The notes: generated by a model from the letters alone, not told the origin. 64,000 nucleotides of DNA from Abditibacteriaceae bacterium (GCA_965277285.1 OZ255721.1:2592001-2656000); one strand, 5' to 3'; shown: positions 1 through 10,471, counted from the stretch's first letter. Program-made: numbers and translations.

Positions 1-667
1 CACGCAAGGCTTACGTCGCGTCGATGTAATTTATCGCCGCATTGACGACGATTATCTCGACCCGATGACCTTCAAGCCCGATTCGACGCTGGGCGTGACG
101 GGTTTGGTCAATTGCTGGCGCGCCGGTAACGTCAGTCTGGCCAACGGCATTGGAACCGGCGTGGCGGACGACAAAGCGGTGTATGCGTATACGCCGCAAA
201 TCATCAAGTATTATTTGGGTGAAGAGCCGATTCTGCCGATTGTCCCGACTTATTCGACGGCTAAAGACGATGAACGCCAATATGTGCTGGAGCATTTGCA
301 CGAACTCGTTGTAAAACCGACAAACGGCAGCGGCGGTTATGGTTTGTTGGTAGGGCCGCATTCGACCGCGTTGCAGCGCCAGGAGTTGCGCGAGCGTATT
401 ATCGCCGACCCGCGCGGTTGGATCGCGCAGCCGACGCTGGCCTTGTCGCGCCATCCAACGTATGTCGGCGAAGAAAACGAGGCTCCTGGCGAAGGTCATT
501 TTGAAGGCCGTCACGTCGATTTGCGCCCTTATATCACGTATGGCGACGACATCAAAGTGCTGCCCGGCGGCCTGACGCGCGTCGCTCTGGTCAAAGGTTC
601 GCTGGTGGTGAATTCAAGTCAGGGCGGCGGCTCGAAAGACACCTGGGTTCTGAGCCGCGATTTTTAA
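1..667 (+). CDS. Circularly permuted type 2 ATP-grasp protein, 5' partial
   Basis: Motifs [34 protein letters not shown] and [28 protein letters not shown]. The frame is open upstream of the track start. Confidence 0.9.
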   Translation, partial: TQGLRRVDVIYRRIDDDYLDPMTFKPDSTLGVTGLVNCWRAGNVSLANGIGTGVADDKAVYAYTPQIIKYYLGEEPILPIVPTYSTAKDDERQYVLEHLHELVVKPTNGSGGYGLLVGPHSTALQRQELRERIIADPRGWIAQPTLALSRHPTYVGEENEAPGEGHFEGRHVDLRPYITYGDDIKVLPGGLTRVALVKGSLVVNSSQGGGSKDTWVLSRDF

Positions 668-744
668 GTTGAATATCAAACCGCAGAGGCGCTGAGAGAT
701 TTCAAGAGAGAAAATTGATTAATCGAGTACTCGAAACTGACAGT

Positions 745-810
745 GTGTCATTCTGAGCGCAGCGAAGAATCTAACTGTAAATAGATTCTTCGCTGCGCTC
801 AGAATGACAC
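745..810. repeat. REP-like hairpin family A (TGTCATTCTGAGCG...CGCTCAGAATGACA)
   Basis: Long intergenic inverted repeat; relatives at 4031-4094 and 61416-61505. Confidence 0.85.
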
Positions 811-885
811 GCTCTTTTTCTTCTTTTGAAGCCTCTGCGCCTCCGCGTCTCTGCGGTCAAAAGTGTTTCAAAGATTGGAGCAAAA

Positions 886-1866
886 ATGTTAAGTCGTGTG
901 GCGGATGCGCTATTTTGGATGTCGCGGTATTACGAGCGTGCGGAAAATACGGCGCGCTTGATCGATGTCAACATCAACATGATGCTGGACATGGGTAGCG
1001 TGCTGGGTGAAGAAGGCAGCAGCGCACGCTACTGGAACCCGATTATCGGCATTTCCAGCCCGTTCTGGGATTTTCGCAACCGCTATCCGCGCACCACGCA
1101 GGAAAACGCCATCGAGTGGCTGACTTTTGGCGAAGGTAATTCAAACTCGATTTTGAATTGCATTCACCACGCCCGCGAAAACGCGCGCGCCATGCGCGGC
1201 AACATTTCCAGCGAAATGTGGGAACAAGTCAACACTACGTACTTGAACCTGCGCGAAACCAGTCTGGATAATATCCGGCGTGAAGGCGCTTATTTGTACT
1301 TTCGTCGCATCCGCGAAGCGAGCCAGCTTTTCCAAGGTCTGGTCGAAACCACCATGCGCCGTGACGAAGGCTGGCAATGGATCAAAGTCGGTTCCTACCT
1401 GGAGCGCGCCGACGCCACAACGCGTTTGGTGGACGTGAAATATCACATTTTGCTGCCCAGCGTGGAAGAAGTCGGCGGCCCAATTGACAACGTGCAATGG
1501 ATGGCGGTTTTGAAATCGTGTTCGGCGTATGAAGCGTATCAGCGGCGTTACGCGGCACGCATTACGCCTTCGCGCGTCGCTGAGTTTCTCGTGCTCGACC
1601 AAACGTTTCCGCGTGCCGTTCGTTTCTGCTTCGATCAAATTCATTGGTCGTTGCGCTCCATCGGCATCGAACATGGCGATCTGGGCGAAGGCGCGCCGGA
1701 AATTGTCGCGTCCAATGTGCGGCGAACCTTGCAGGAAACGACGATGAACTCAATTATTCAATACGGATTGCATCAATATATGCTGCAACTGCAAGGCTCG
1801 TGCGTCGAAGTTTCCAACAAGATTTCCGGGCGCTACTTTCAAGGCACTTTGCGGCACGCGGCCTGA
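886..1866 (+). CDS. Alpha-E domain protein
   Basis: Begins MLSRVADALFWMSRYYERAENTAR, with ARENAR...SSEMWE and YLERAD motifs; follows the ATP-grasp gene. Confidence 0.9.
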   Translation: MLSRVADALFWMSRYYERAENTARLIDVNINMMLDMGSVLGEEGSSARYWNPIIGISSPFWDFRNRYPRTTQENAIEWLTFGEGNSNSILNCIHHARENARAMRGNISSEMWEQVNTTYLNLRETSLDNIRREGAYLYFRRIREASQLFQGLVETTMRRDEGWQWIKVGSYLERADATTRLVDVKYHILLPSVEEVGGPIDNVQWMAVLKSCSAYEAYQRRYAARITPSRVAEFLVLDQTFPRAVRFCFDQIHWSLRSIGIEHGDLGEGAPEIVASNVRRTLQETTMNSIIQYGLHQYMLQLQGSCVEVSNKISGRYFQGTLRHAA

Positions 1867-1955
1867 ATGCAAATACGGAATACGGAATAAAAAGCTCCAA
1901 CTTGGACAACGACGTTTCAACTTCGAGTACTCGATATTCCGCATTCATCATTTCT

Positions 1956-2852
1956 ATGATTGTCACCACTTTGCACGAAACGACTTTCAACTACGCGCGC
2001 CCGATTGAACGCACGTTCACTGAAGCGCGTTTGGCGCCGGTTTCCGACAGCGGTCAGACCTGCCACGAGTTTTTCCTGACCGTTGATCCGATGCGTCCTC
2101 TGCTGGAAAACCTCGATTATTGGGGCAACCTGACGATGAGTTTCAACATTCTGCCGCCGCATCGTCGCGTCGTCATCACGGGACGTTCGGTCGTCGAAAC
2201 GCACCGCGATCCGTTTGCGCCGCAACCTGTCGATGAATTTGAAACGCGTCGCGCGCAAATGGACTTGTTGGCTTTCGACGGCCCTGTCGAGTACTCGAAT
2301 GACGTGGAAACCTTGCGCGACGACGCTGGTTTGATGACGGCCAACAACGACGCGCCCTGGTTCGACGACGACAGCGTTTTCGCCCGCGTGCAAAAGCTGA
2401 ACTCGATGATTTTCGAGCGTTTCACGTATTGCACCGACGCGACCGATGTTCACACGCACATTTCGGAAGTGTTCGCCTTGAAGCGCGGCGTGTGTCAGGA
2501 TTTCGCGCACGTTTTTATCGCCGTTTGTCGCGCGGCTCAACTTCCGTGTCGCTACGTCAGCGGCTATCTGGTGACGCGGCGCGCACGTTCCAGCGAAGGT
2601 TCGGGCGCTTCGCACGCCTGGGTCGAAGTTCTCATTCCGCGTCATGGCTGGTGCGCGCTCGACCCGACCAACAATTTGCTGGCCAACGACAGCTACATCA
2701 AGTTGGCGCATGGCCGCGATTACCGCGACGTGACGCCGACGCGCGGCGTTTTCAAAGGCAGCGGCGTCGATTGTCGGATGAGCGTGCGCGTGCATACACT
2801 AACCGAAGAAGACCTTTCGAGTACTCGAAATGAGCCTGAATTAGTCGGCTGA
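1956..2852 (+). CDS. Transglutaminase-like protein with bacterial TGase N-terminal domain
   Basis: GVCQDFAH, RYVSGY, SHAWVE, DPTN and GRDYRDV motifs give a Cys-His-Asp triad. Confidence 0.9.
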   Translation: MIVTTLHETTFNYARPIERTFTEARLAPVSDSGQTCHEFFLTVDPMRPLLENLDYWGNLTMSFNILPPHRRVVITGRSVVETHRDPFAPQPVDEFETRRAQMDLLAFDGPVEYSNDVETLRDDAGLMTANNDAPWFDDDSVFARVQKLNSMIFERFTYCTDATDVHTHISEVFALKRGVCQDFAHVFIAVCRAAQLPCRYVSGYLVTRRARSSEGSGASHAWVEVLIPRHGWCALDPTNNLLANDSYIKLAHGRDYRDVTPTRGVFKGSGVDCRMSVRVHTLTEEDLSSTRNEPELVG

Positions 2853-2862
2853 ATTACAAATA

Positions 2863-2946
2863 ACGAACCCGAAGCGTAAGCGACGGGCTTAAGTCATATT
2901 TACTGGAAACTCTTACGTAAGCCCGTCGCTTACGCTTCGGGTTCGT
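2863..2946. repeat. REP-like hairpin family B (ACGAACCCGAAGCGTAAGCGACGGGC...)
   Basis: Inverted repeat; relatives at 16903-16981, 21913-21991 and 58205-58329, and a half copy near 34745-34774. Confidence 0.85.
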
Positions 2947-2973
2947 GAGAAGTATTCTGTATAACTGAATCTT

Positions 2974-3900
2974 ATGATTGCTTATCCTCCTGAAAACGAC
3001 ACACTGGAAGCCAAGCGCGAGCGAGGTCGTTCGCCGCGCCTTTTGCCTGATTATGTGCCGCATCCCAGCGGAATTCTCACCTTGCGCGTCGGCAGCGAGT
3101 TCGTCTACACGTCACAGGGCGACACACCGGCAGTCTTGCAGGTCGAAGCGCTCCAGGACACTTACGCGAAAATTACGCACGAACGATGGGAAGTCACGCC
3201 GTCTCTTGATTCGCACGAGTACAAGGACGTTTACGGCAACCGTTGCCGCCGCGTGACTTTGCCACCCGGACAAACCACGTTGCGCTACGACGCATTGGTC
3301 GAAATCTCGGCGCACCCCGACCCGTTCGTGCCCGATGCAACTCAAGCGCTCGTGCAAGATTTGCCGGACGAAACGTTGTTATTCACGCTCGCCAGTCGCT
3401 ATTGTCAAAGCGATTCACTATCTAACGCCGCCTGGGAATTGTTCGCCAACTCGCCGCCAGGTTGGGCGCGCGTGCAAGCCATTTGCGATTGGGCGTACCA
3501 GAACGTGATTTACGTTTCGGGTTGCTCGACGCCGGAAACGACCGCGCTCGACGTTTACAATTCGCAACAGGGCATTTGCCGCGATTTCGCGCATATCGGC
3601 GTTACGTTGTGCCGCGCGATGAACATTCCGGCGCGCTATTGCTTTGGTTATATGCCCGACATCGGCGTCGAAGTTCCCGATGTCGCCATGGATTTCCACG
3701 CCTGGTTTGAAGCCTATCTTGGCGGCAAATGGCGCACTTTCGATGCGCGCCACAACGTTCCGCGCATCGGTCGTGTGCCGATTGCGCGAGGCCGCGACGC
3801 CGTAGATTGCGCGATGGTCACAACTTACGGCGCCGCGAACCTGGATAAAATGACGGTTTGGGCCGATGAAGCCACGCAAGACGATCTCAACGCGTTCTAA
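2974..3900 (+). CDS. Transglutaminase family protein, second type
   Basis: SRYCQSD, GICRDFAH, DFHAWFEAY, FDARHN and GRDAVD motifs. Confidence 0.9.
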   Translation: MIAYPPENDTLEAKRERGRSPRLLPDYVPHPSGILTLRVGSEFVYTSQGDTPAVLQVEALQDTYAKITHERWEVTPSLDSHEYKDVYGNRCRRVTLPPGQTTLRYDALVEISAHPDPFVPDATQALVQDLPDETLLFTLASRYCQSDSLSNAAWELFANSPPGWARVQAICDWAYQNVIYVSGCSTPETTALDVYNSQQGICRDFAHIGVTLCRAMNIPARYCFGYMPDIGVEVPDVAMDFHAWFEAYLGGKWRTFDARHNVPRIGRVPIARGRDAVDCAMVTTYGAANLDKMTVWADEATQDDLNAF

Positions 3901-4030
3901 TTCGAGTACTCGATATGTCTCGTTTGAAACTTGCGTTTGGAACGATGGACAAATTAGGAAACGCCATCAGACTCGCAGTTTGTCATTATGAACGCGTTTA
4001 ACAAAATGCAAAACGCTCGAAAGTAAAATG

Positions 4031-4094
4031 TGTCATTCTGAGCGAAGCGAAGGATCTAATTACAGTTAGATCCTTCGCTTCGCTCAGAATGACA
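4031..4094. repeat. REP-like hairpin family A
   Basis: tgtcattctgagcgaagcgaaggatctaa...ttagatccttcgcttcgctcagaatgaca. Confidence 0.85.
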
Positions 4095-4268
4095 AAGTAA
4101 CAATTTGTGGACTGCTGAAATAGTTTCCAAAACTCACAAAGCGCTTGAAGATTAAGTTCTCAGGCGCTTTGTGGCGTTTGCTGGCCGCGAAATTGAGCGC
4201 CATCTATTATTTCGTCTGGCGCAAGACGTTAAAATAGAAGCCGATTCCATTCGAGTACTCGATTTCTT

Positions 4269-6182
4269 ATGCCAACTTCATCACGCTCCTTCGCTCGTCC
4301 CGTCGTCGATTTAACGCGCAGCCGCGCGGCGCAACTTAAGCCGTTGCCTTTATCAGCGGTGCGTTTAGAAGACACCTTCTGGCAACCGCGCCGCCAAATC
4401 AATCGCCGCGAAACGTTGAAATCGCAGTTCGAGCACTTGCAAGCGACGCCGCGGCTGGCCAATTTTCGTCGCGCCGCTGGCCTGGAGAAAGGCGAATTTG
4501 AGGGACTGATTTTCGACGACTCTGACGTTTACAAGTGGCTCGAAGCCGCTTCATCAACGCTGGCGCAAGACGATGACGCCGATGTTCGCGCCATGATGGA
4601 TGAAGTCGCGCGCACGGTCGCCGCGGCGCAGCAACCCGACGGATTTTTGCATTCATATTACACGCTGCATCCCGAAAAAGAGCGTTGGGAAAACCTGCGC
4701 GACAACCACCAGCTTTATTGCATGGGACATTTTCTGCAAGCGGCAGTCGCCCATTCTCGCGCGACTGGCGAACGCGAGTTGCTCGACGTAGCGACGCGCT
4801 TGGCCGATTGCATTGACCACGATTTCGGCTGGGGAAAGCGCGAAGAAACCGACGGTCACGAAGAAATCGAACTCGCCCTGGTCGAGTTGTACCGCGAAAC
4901 CAACGAAGCGCGCTACCTTCAATTGGCGCAGTTTTTCATTGATGTGCGCGGGCGCGGAACCATCGGCGGCAGAGATTACAACCATGATCATGTGCCGTTT
5001 CGAGTACTCGATCGCATGACGGGACACGCCGTGCGCGCTCTTTATTACGCGACTGGCGCGGCGGACGTGTTTCTCGAAACTGGCGAAGATGCCATGTGGA
5101 ACGCGCTCGAGGAACAGTGGAAAAATTTCACGCAGCGCCAGATGTATGTGACGGGCGGCGCCGGTTCTCGCTGGGAAGGAGAAGCGTTCGGCTTCGATTT
5201 CGAGTTGCCAAACCAACGTGCTTATACCGAAACTTGCGCTGCCATCGCAGTCGTGATGTGGGCGTGGCGCATGGGACAACACAGCGGCGAGGCGCGCTTC
5301 TTTTCCGTCCTCGAACGCGCGCTTTACAACGGCGTTCTCAGCGGCCTTTCGCTGAGGGGCGACGAGTATTTTTATCAAAACCCGTTGGCCGACGATGGCG
5401 CGCACCGACGTCAAAAATGGTTCGGCTGCGCTTGCTGTCCGCCCAACATCGCGCGCTTGCTGGCGCAACTTCCCGGCTATTTTTATTCGGTTTCGCCCGA
5501 AGGAATTTGGGCGCATTTATTCGCACAAAGTCAGGCTGAAATCAGTTTGCCGGACGGCGCAACGGTGCGATTGAAGCAGCAAACCAATTTTCCGTGGGAC
5601 GGCGAAATCGCGTTCCAGATCGAAGAATCGCCAGAGAGTGAATGGTCGCTTTTCGTGCGCATTCCCGAGTGGGCGCGTGGCGCGACATTGCAAATCGAAG
5701 GTGAAACGCGCGAAGTCAAAGCTGGCGAATATCACGAAATCCGCCGCGTCTGGAAAAACGGCGATATGGCCAAGCTGAACGTGCCAATGGAGACGCGCTT
5801 TTTGCGCGCTCATCCGCACGTAACGGAAAATCGCGGTCGCGTCGCGGTAATGCGTGGCCCGTTGGTTTACTGCGCTGAAGCCTTGGATTTCAACGGCGTT
5901 GATGTGCGCGACTTGCAAGTTTCACCGCAGCAACCGCTTGTTCCCGTTTACGAGAACGAACTTTTAGGTGGCGTTGTGACTTTGCAAGGCGAAGTCGAAA
6001 TCGTAGCGTCCGGCGAAGTGTGGCAGAACGAACTTTACGCGCCCGTCGCTGATGTGCAGGAAACTTCGCCGCGGGCGACACCTTTGAAACTGATTCCGTA
6101 TTACGCGTGGGCGAATCGCGCCGCCGCGCCGATGCAAGTGTGGCTGCAAGAAAAACCAAGCGATGACACAGCGAAATCTTAA
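4269..6182 (+). CDS. Glycoside hydrolase family 127 (beta-L-arabinofuranosidase-like)
   Basis: DSDVYKWLEA, GHEEIELAL, GHAVRALY, AYTETCA, WFGCACCPPN and LIPYYAWANR motifs. Confidence 0.92.
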   Translation: MPTSSRSFARPVVDLTRSRAAQLKPLPLSAVRLEDTFWQPRRQINRRETLKSQFEHLQATPRLANFRRAAGLEKGEFEGLIFDDSDVYKWLEAASSTLAQDDDADVRAMMDEVARTVAAAQQPDGFLHSYYTLHPEKERWENLRDNHQLYCMGHFLQAAVAHSRATGERELLDVATRLADCIDHDFGWGKREETDGHEEIELALVELYRETNEARYLQLAQFFIDVRGRGTIGGRDYNHDHVPFRVLDRMTGHAVRALYYATGAADVFLETGEDAMWNALEEQWKNFTQRQMYVTGGAGSRWEGEAFGFDFELPNQRAYTETCAAIAVVMWAWRMGQHSGEARFFSVLERALYNGVLSGLSLRGDEYFYQNPLADDGAHRRQKWFGCACCPPNIARLLAQLPGYFYSVSPEGIWAHLFAQSQAEISLPDGATVRLKQQTNFPWDGEIAFQIEESPESEWSLFVRIPEWARGATLQIEGETREVKAGEYHEIRRVWKNGDMAKLNVPMETRFLRAHPHVTENRGRVAVMRGPLVYCAEALDFNGVDVRDLQVSPQQPLVPVYENELLGGVVTLQGEVEIVASGEVWQNELYAPVADVQETSPRATPLKLIPYYAWANRAAAPMQVWLQEKPSDDTAKS

Positions 6183-6228
6183 TTGCGCTCTGTCATCGCT
6201 TGATTTTGAATATCGAGTACTCGAACTG

Positions 6229-6990
6229 TTACTTTTGCGGCGTTTCGGCGGGGTTCCATTCCAGCGGCGGCATCGAATGCGCCAATTCGGTCAGGCCTTT
6301 TCCCCAACGTTCGCGGATGGTTTTAAGATAAGGATCGCCTTCTTTCAGGCGAATGCGGTGCGTGACGCGCAAAGCGTCTTTTTCGTAGCACAAAATATCA
6401 ATCGGTGGGCCGACCGAAAGATTGCTCTTCATCGTCGAATCCATCGACAAGACGCCCAATTTGACGGCTTCGTTGAGCGGCGTCTGGCAGTTGAAACCAC
6501 GATCCAAAATCGGCTTGCCGTATTTCGATTCGCCGATTTGCAAAAAAGGCGTGTCGCTGCTGGCGCGCATCACGTTGCCCTGCGGATAAACATAAAGCAA
6601 ATTGTGCGGCGCGTCGCCGATTTGTCCGCCGACTAAAATGTGAATGTTGAACTTGAAATCGTCTTTTTCCAAGTGTTCGCGGTCGAGTTTTTCGACTTCG
6701 CGGATTTTCTGGCCGACGTAGCGCGCTGTTTCATACATCGTTTTCTGATTCATCAATGTCGCGTGCTCGGGCGAAGCTTTGCCGACCAAAAGGTCTTCGT
6801 CAATCAAAGCCAAAATACTGTGCGTCAGTGACAAATTGCCCGACGCCATCAGGCAAATTACGCGGTCGCCCGGTTGTTCGTAAACGTGCATTTTGCGATG
6901 CACGGCGATATTGTCCATGCCTGCGTTCGAGCGCGTATCGGAAACAAAAACAATTCCCTCGTTGCAAAGAAGTCCCAAACAATAAGTCAT
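6229..6990 (-). CDS. Proteasome-type Ntn protease (Anbu family)
   Basis: Starts MTYCLG, placing Thr at position 1 after Met removal; SDTRSNAGMDNI, QIGESKYGKPILDR and SMDSTMKSNLSVGPP motifs. Confidence 0.9.
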   Translation of the reverse strand: MTYCLGLLCNEGIVFVSDTRSNAGMDNIAVHRKMHVYEQPGDRVICLMASGNLSLTHSILALIDEDLLVGKASPEHATLMNQKTMYETARYVGQKIREVEKLDREHLEKDDFKFNIHILVGGQIGDAPHNLLYVYPQGNVMRASSDTPFLQIGESKYGKPILDRGFNCQTPLNEAVKLGVLSMDSTMKSNLSVGPPIDILCYEKDALRVTHRIRLKEGDPYLKTIRERWGKGLTELAHSMPPLEWNPAETPQK

Positions 6991-7147
6991 AATAGAAAGT
7001 GGCAAAATCGCTGCGAGCACCTCGCCTGGCTTTTTGCGAAACGGTAGTGTTGCCGACAATCGAGTACTCGACAAGGCGAGACAAACGAAAAACAAACGGT
7101 CGAGCGCACGCTTTTAGCAAATCAGCGCCCATTCTTTCAAGGTTTTC

Positions 7148-9007
7148 ATGCTTCTTCCTTTCAATGTCGAACGTCCCACGCGCCGCGTTCCCGTTTGCAC
7201 CTACACGTTGATCGGCTTGAACGTTTTCGTGTATTTGCTGACAGTATTGGTCGCCAACGTGCAATTGATGAGCGACCGTCCCGTTTTTCATCAGCAAATT
7301 ATTGCGCTAACTCAACTGAAGCAATACGAAGAAGAGCAAGCGCAGCGCGCCGCCGATGCAACTTCTGCAAACGCCAATCCCGACAATTCCGGCAACGCTT
7401 CTGGCGATACGCAAGCGCCATCTTCCAGCCCTCAAAGTTTTTCTTTCGGGTCGAATTCACAAATTGCGCGTGGACAGATGGGCGATGTGCCAACGGCAAA
7501 CGCGCCCGTTTCGCCTTTGCCAGACGGCGCGCCCGGCCTCAACAATGACAGTCTTAACAACAGCCCGACCAATGGCGCCGACGATTCTGGTCTCACGCCC
7601 GCGCCCAGCCAGGACACGATTGAACTGGCGCGCGTGCTCAAAGCCGCGAGTACGGGACAAAAGGTCAGCAAAGACGACATGGTGCGTATGATGACCTTCG
7701 CGTGGGACGACGAGCACGACAAAGATTTATTTGTGCTCGATCCGCATCCGACGACGCTGGCGTGGCTGGCCTATTGGGTTGGCGCGCCCACCGTGCTGGG
7801 CTTTTTCGCTTCGATGTTTTTGCATGGCAGCCTGGATCACATTCTGGGCAATATGCTGTTCTTGTGGGTTTTCGGGCGCGCTTTGGAAGACGCCTTGGGG
7901 CCGATTATTTACACGCTGGCGTATTTTTTGTGTGGCATCGCGGCAACGTTGCTGTTCCATATCGCAACTATGCAGTTCTCACCGGCGCAAGCGATGACGC
8001 CTTCACTGGGCGCGTCGGGCGCCATTGCCGGTTTATTGGGATTGTTCGCGCCGCGTTTTTATCGCACGCCGATCAATGTGTTTTATACGAAATGGGTGAC
8101 CAGTTTCCTGCGTCTCAGCGGCGGCATGATTTTCTGGATGGGTTCGGTTTTCGTGGGCGCTATGCTCGCCAACTTCATCGGTTCTGAGGGCTACATTCTG
8201 GGCACGTTGGTGGTTTTAGCGGCCTTCATTTTCTGGGGCGAAGACGAACTGTGGGGCGAATGGAAAGTGCCCGCCGCGTGGGGCATCGCGGGCTATTTCC
8301 TGTGGAACGATGTGATTCAGCTTTTCATCGAAACTTATACGGGCCAGCGCGGAGGAGTCGCGCATTGGGCGCACATCGGTGGTTTTTGCTGCGGCGTGGT
8401 TTATGCGTTTCTGGTTGGTCTCACAGGCGAAGCGAAAACCGAATACATCACCGACGAAGCCGAAGCGTCGCTCGAAAACAATCACGGGCACAACGCGATG
8501 GAAAGCGCGCAGGAATTGCTGCGCTTGAAACCCAACGATCCGCAGGCGCATCGCTTGATGGCACGCTCTCTGGACGCAAAAAACAAAGGTGACTTGACCG
8601 AAAAAGCCCTCGATGCCTGGGAACTGGCGATTGAAAAGTATTTGCAGGCCGATGACCGCGACGGCGCCGCGCGCACTTATCTCGAAGCCACGAGCAAGCA
8701 CCCGTCGTTTATCCTGATGCCACGCACGCAATTTCTGCTGGGTAATCACATGGCGCGCACCGGCGATCATCTTGGCGCGGCGGAAACTCTGGTCAAGATT
8801 CCTTATACGTTTCCCGATGCGCCCGAAGGCGAACTTTCGCTTTTGCGCAGCGCGCAACTTTATGCGCAACACTTGAGCAACCCGGAACTGGCGCACCAAC
8901 TTCTCACGACCTTGCTGGAACGCTATCCCAACACCGAATGGCGTTCGCAAGCACAGAGCGGCTTGAAAAACACCGAAGCGCAACTCCAAAACGCTTCGCA
9001 AGGATAA
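7148..9007 (+). CDS. Rhomboid intramembrane serine protease with C-terminal TPR-like region
   Basis: SMFLHGSLDHILGNMLFL, GASGAIAG (catalytic Ser) and AHWAHIGG (catalytic His); helical TPR-like tail. Confidence 0.85.
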   Translation: MLLPFNVERPTRRVPVCTYTLIGLNVFVYLLTVLVANVQLMSDRPVFHQQIIALTQLKQYEEEQAQRAADATSANANPDNSGNASGDTQAPSSSPQSFSFGSNSQIARGQMGDVPTANAPVSPLPDGAPGLNNDSLNNSPTNGADDSGLTPAPSQDTIELARVLKAASTGQKVSKDDMVRMMTFAWDDEHDKDLFVLDPHPTTLAWLAYWVGAPTVLGFFASMFLHGSLDHILGNMLFLWVFGRALEDALGPIIYTLAYFLCGIAATLLFHIATMQFSPAQAMTPSLGASGAIAGLLGLFAPRFYRTPINVFYTKWVTSFLRLSGGMIFWMGSVFVGAMLANFIGSEGYILGTLVVLAAFIFWGEDELWGEWKVPAAWGIAGYFLWNDVIQLFIETYTGQRGGVAHWAHIGGFCCGVVYAFLVGLTGEAKTEYITDEAEASLENNHGHNAMESAQELLRLKPNDPQAHRLMARSLDAKNKGDLTEKALDAWELAIEKYLQADDRDGAARTYLEATSKHPSFILMPRTQFLLGNHMARTGDHLGAAETLVKIPYTFPDAPEGELSLLRSAQLYAQHLSNPELAHQLLTTLLERYPNTEWRSQAQSGLKNTEAQLQNASQG

Positions 9008-9011
9008 GAAT

Positions 9012-9917
9012 ATGAAAAAGTCTCTGATGGCTGTCGCGCTGTTGACAAGTGTTGCAATGGCCAGCGTTTCGAGTACTCGATTAACGGCGAGTACAGTTTC
9101 GACAAGCGTAATCGCGGTGCAACTTCAGACGACGAGACCGAATTTATCGTCGCCGGAAAAGTCGGTGCGTTCATTTGTGGCGGCGTTGAACGCGAGCCGT
9201 TTTGAGGACGCGGCGGGTTGTGTCGATGGCGCATCGCCGCGCGCCGATTTTAACGAATTTCGCCAGATGTGGAATAAAGAAAAACTGGGGGTTGCGCTTT
9301 CAGACTTGAAGGTCACTCTACAGGGCAACAAAGCAGTTGTCGCCGTGCGAGCCACTTTCAGATCGCGCGCTCATAGCACCGTCCAAAGGGGCAACATCTC
9401 TCTTGTGCGTCGTGATGGAAACTGGCTGTTGGTGCCTATAAGCGCCCAGGTTCTTGATGCAAATCCAAAAAATGTCAGTTGGCTTGCGCCTGTGGTCACA
9501 ATGTTGTGCTCACCCGAAGTTCTTGAAAGGTGGCGTAAAGAGGCGCAACGCGAGTCCTGCTCTTCCAATCTCAAGCAGATAGCGCTGGCGGCTATCATGC
9601 TGGCGCAAGACGACGAAAAACTGGCGATTACGCCGCAGAACTTCAAGACGAAACTGTTCACTTACAGCAAAACGATGCAGATTTTTCGTTGTCCCGATGT
9701 CGCCAGTGGCGAAAGCTACAGCTTCAACGGCAACTTGACTAACCTCGACATGAGCAAGATCGAGGGCGTCACAGCGTCCCGATTGGTGATGTTCTACGAG
9801 GGCAAAAACGGCTATCTCGATTTTCGTCATCTGGGAACCGCCAACGTCGCCTTTGCTGATGGTCACGTCAAAGCCATCACACGCGCTGAAGCAACCTCGC
9901 TCAAATGGAAGCCGTAA
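9012..9917 (+). CDS. Secreted protein with NTF2-like domain and DUF1559/H-X9-DG type C-terminus
   Basis: Signal-like N-terminus, SPEKSVRSFVAAL...LVRRDGNWLL, then [16 protein letters not shown] and RHLGTANVAFADGHVK. Confidence 0.65.
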   Translation: MKKSLMAVALLTSVAMASVSSTRLTASTVSTSVIAVQLQTTRPNLSSPEKSVRSFVAALNASRFEDAAGCVDGASPRADFNEFRQMWNKEKLGVALSDLKVTLQGNKAVVAVRATFRSRAHSTVQRGNISLVRRDGNWLLVPISAQVLDANPKNVSWLAPVVTMLCSPEVLERWRKEAQRESCSSNLKQIALAAIMLAQDDEKLAITPQNFKTKLFTYSKTMQIFRCPDVASGESYSFNGNLTNLDMSKIEGVTASRLVMFYEGKNGYLDFRHLGTANVAFADGHVKAITRAEATSLKWKP

Positions 9918-9934
9918 GCCTGACAAACATAACA

Positions 9935-9979
9935 AAGAAGCTCATCGAGTACTGAAATCGAGTACTCGATGAGCTTCTT
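9935..9979. terminator. 19-bp stem hairpin between convergent genes, built from the palindrome
   Basis: aagaagctcatcgagtact-gaaatcg-agtactcgatgagcttctt. Confidence 0.6.
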
Positions 9980-9995
9980 CCGTCATGTGCCGACT

Positions 9996-10370
9996 TCAAG
10001 TTTTATCTTCGCCTTCCAGCGAATCGAGCAACAATTCGGCAGTCGCCAGGTTGAGCGCGAGCGGCACGTTATGCACGTTGCAAATGCGCACCAAACCTTG
10101 AACGTCCGGTTCGTGCGGATGCGCAAAAAGCGGATCGACCAGAAAAATCACGGCGCGCACTTCGTCTTGCGCCACGCGAGCGGCAATTTGCGCATCGCCG
10201 CCCAGCGGCCCCGATTGAACGCGCAACACGTCCAAACCGGTCGCCGGCGCCACCAATCCGCCGGTCGTTCCCGTCGCAATCAGCGAAAAACGCGCGAGCA
10301 CATCGCGCCGACGCCGCGCCAGCGCCACCAAGTCGTCTTTCTTGTTATCGTGAGCAATCAGTGCAAGCAT
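9996..10370 (-). CDS. mgsA: Methylglyoxal synthase
   Basis: [25 protein letters not shown] and PHEPDV motifs. Confidence 0.93.
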   Translation of the reverse strand: MLALIAHDNKKDDLVALARRRRDVLARFSLIATGTTGGLVAPATGLDVLRVQSGPLGGDAQIAARVAQDEVRAVIFLVDPLFAHPHEPDVQGLVRICNVHNVPLALNLATAELLLDSLEGEDKT

Positions 10371-10386
10371 AAGGCAATTTGCGCTT

Positions 10387-10410
10387 GTAGGGGCTTGGCG
10401 TGCCAAGCCC
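10387..10410. repeat. GTAG-type REP, family C
   Basis: gtaggggcttggcgtgccaagccc; relatives at 13840-13867, 51966-51995 and 61938-61965. Confidence 0.7.
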
Positions 10411-10471
10411 GTTTTGAATCAATCGAGTACTCGAAAGTCGGGCGTAGCAAGCTGACGACCCGACGGGAAAA

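Noticed and set aside
1644..1955. Long N-terminal extensions in the ORF track (also 826, 7095, 15828, 18441, 19620, 58274)
   Set aside because: They overlap neighbouring genes or repeats; family homology and RBS position favour the shorter starts given.
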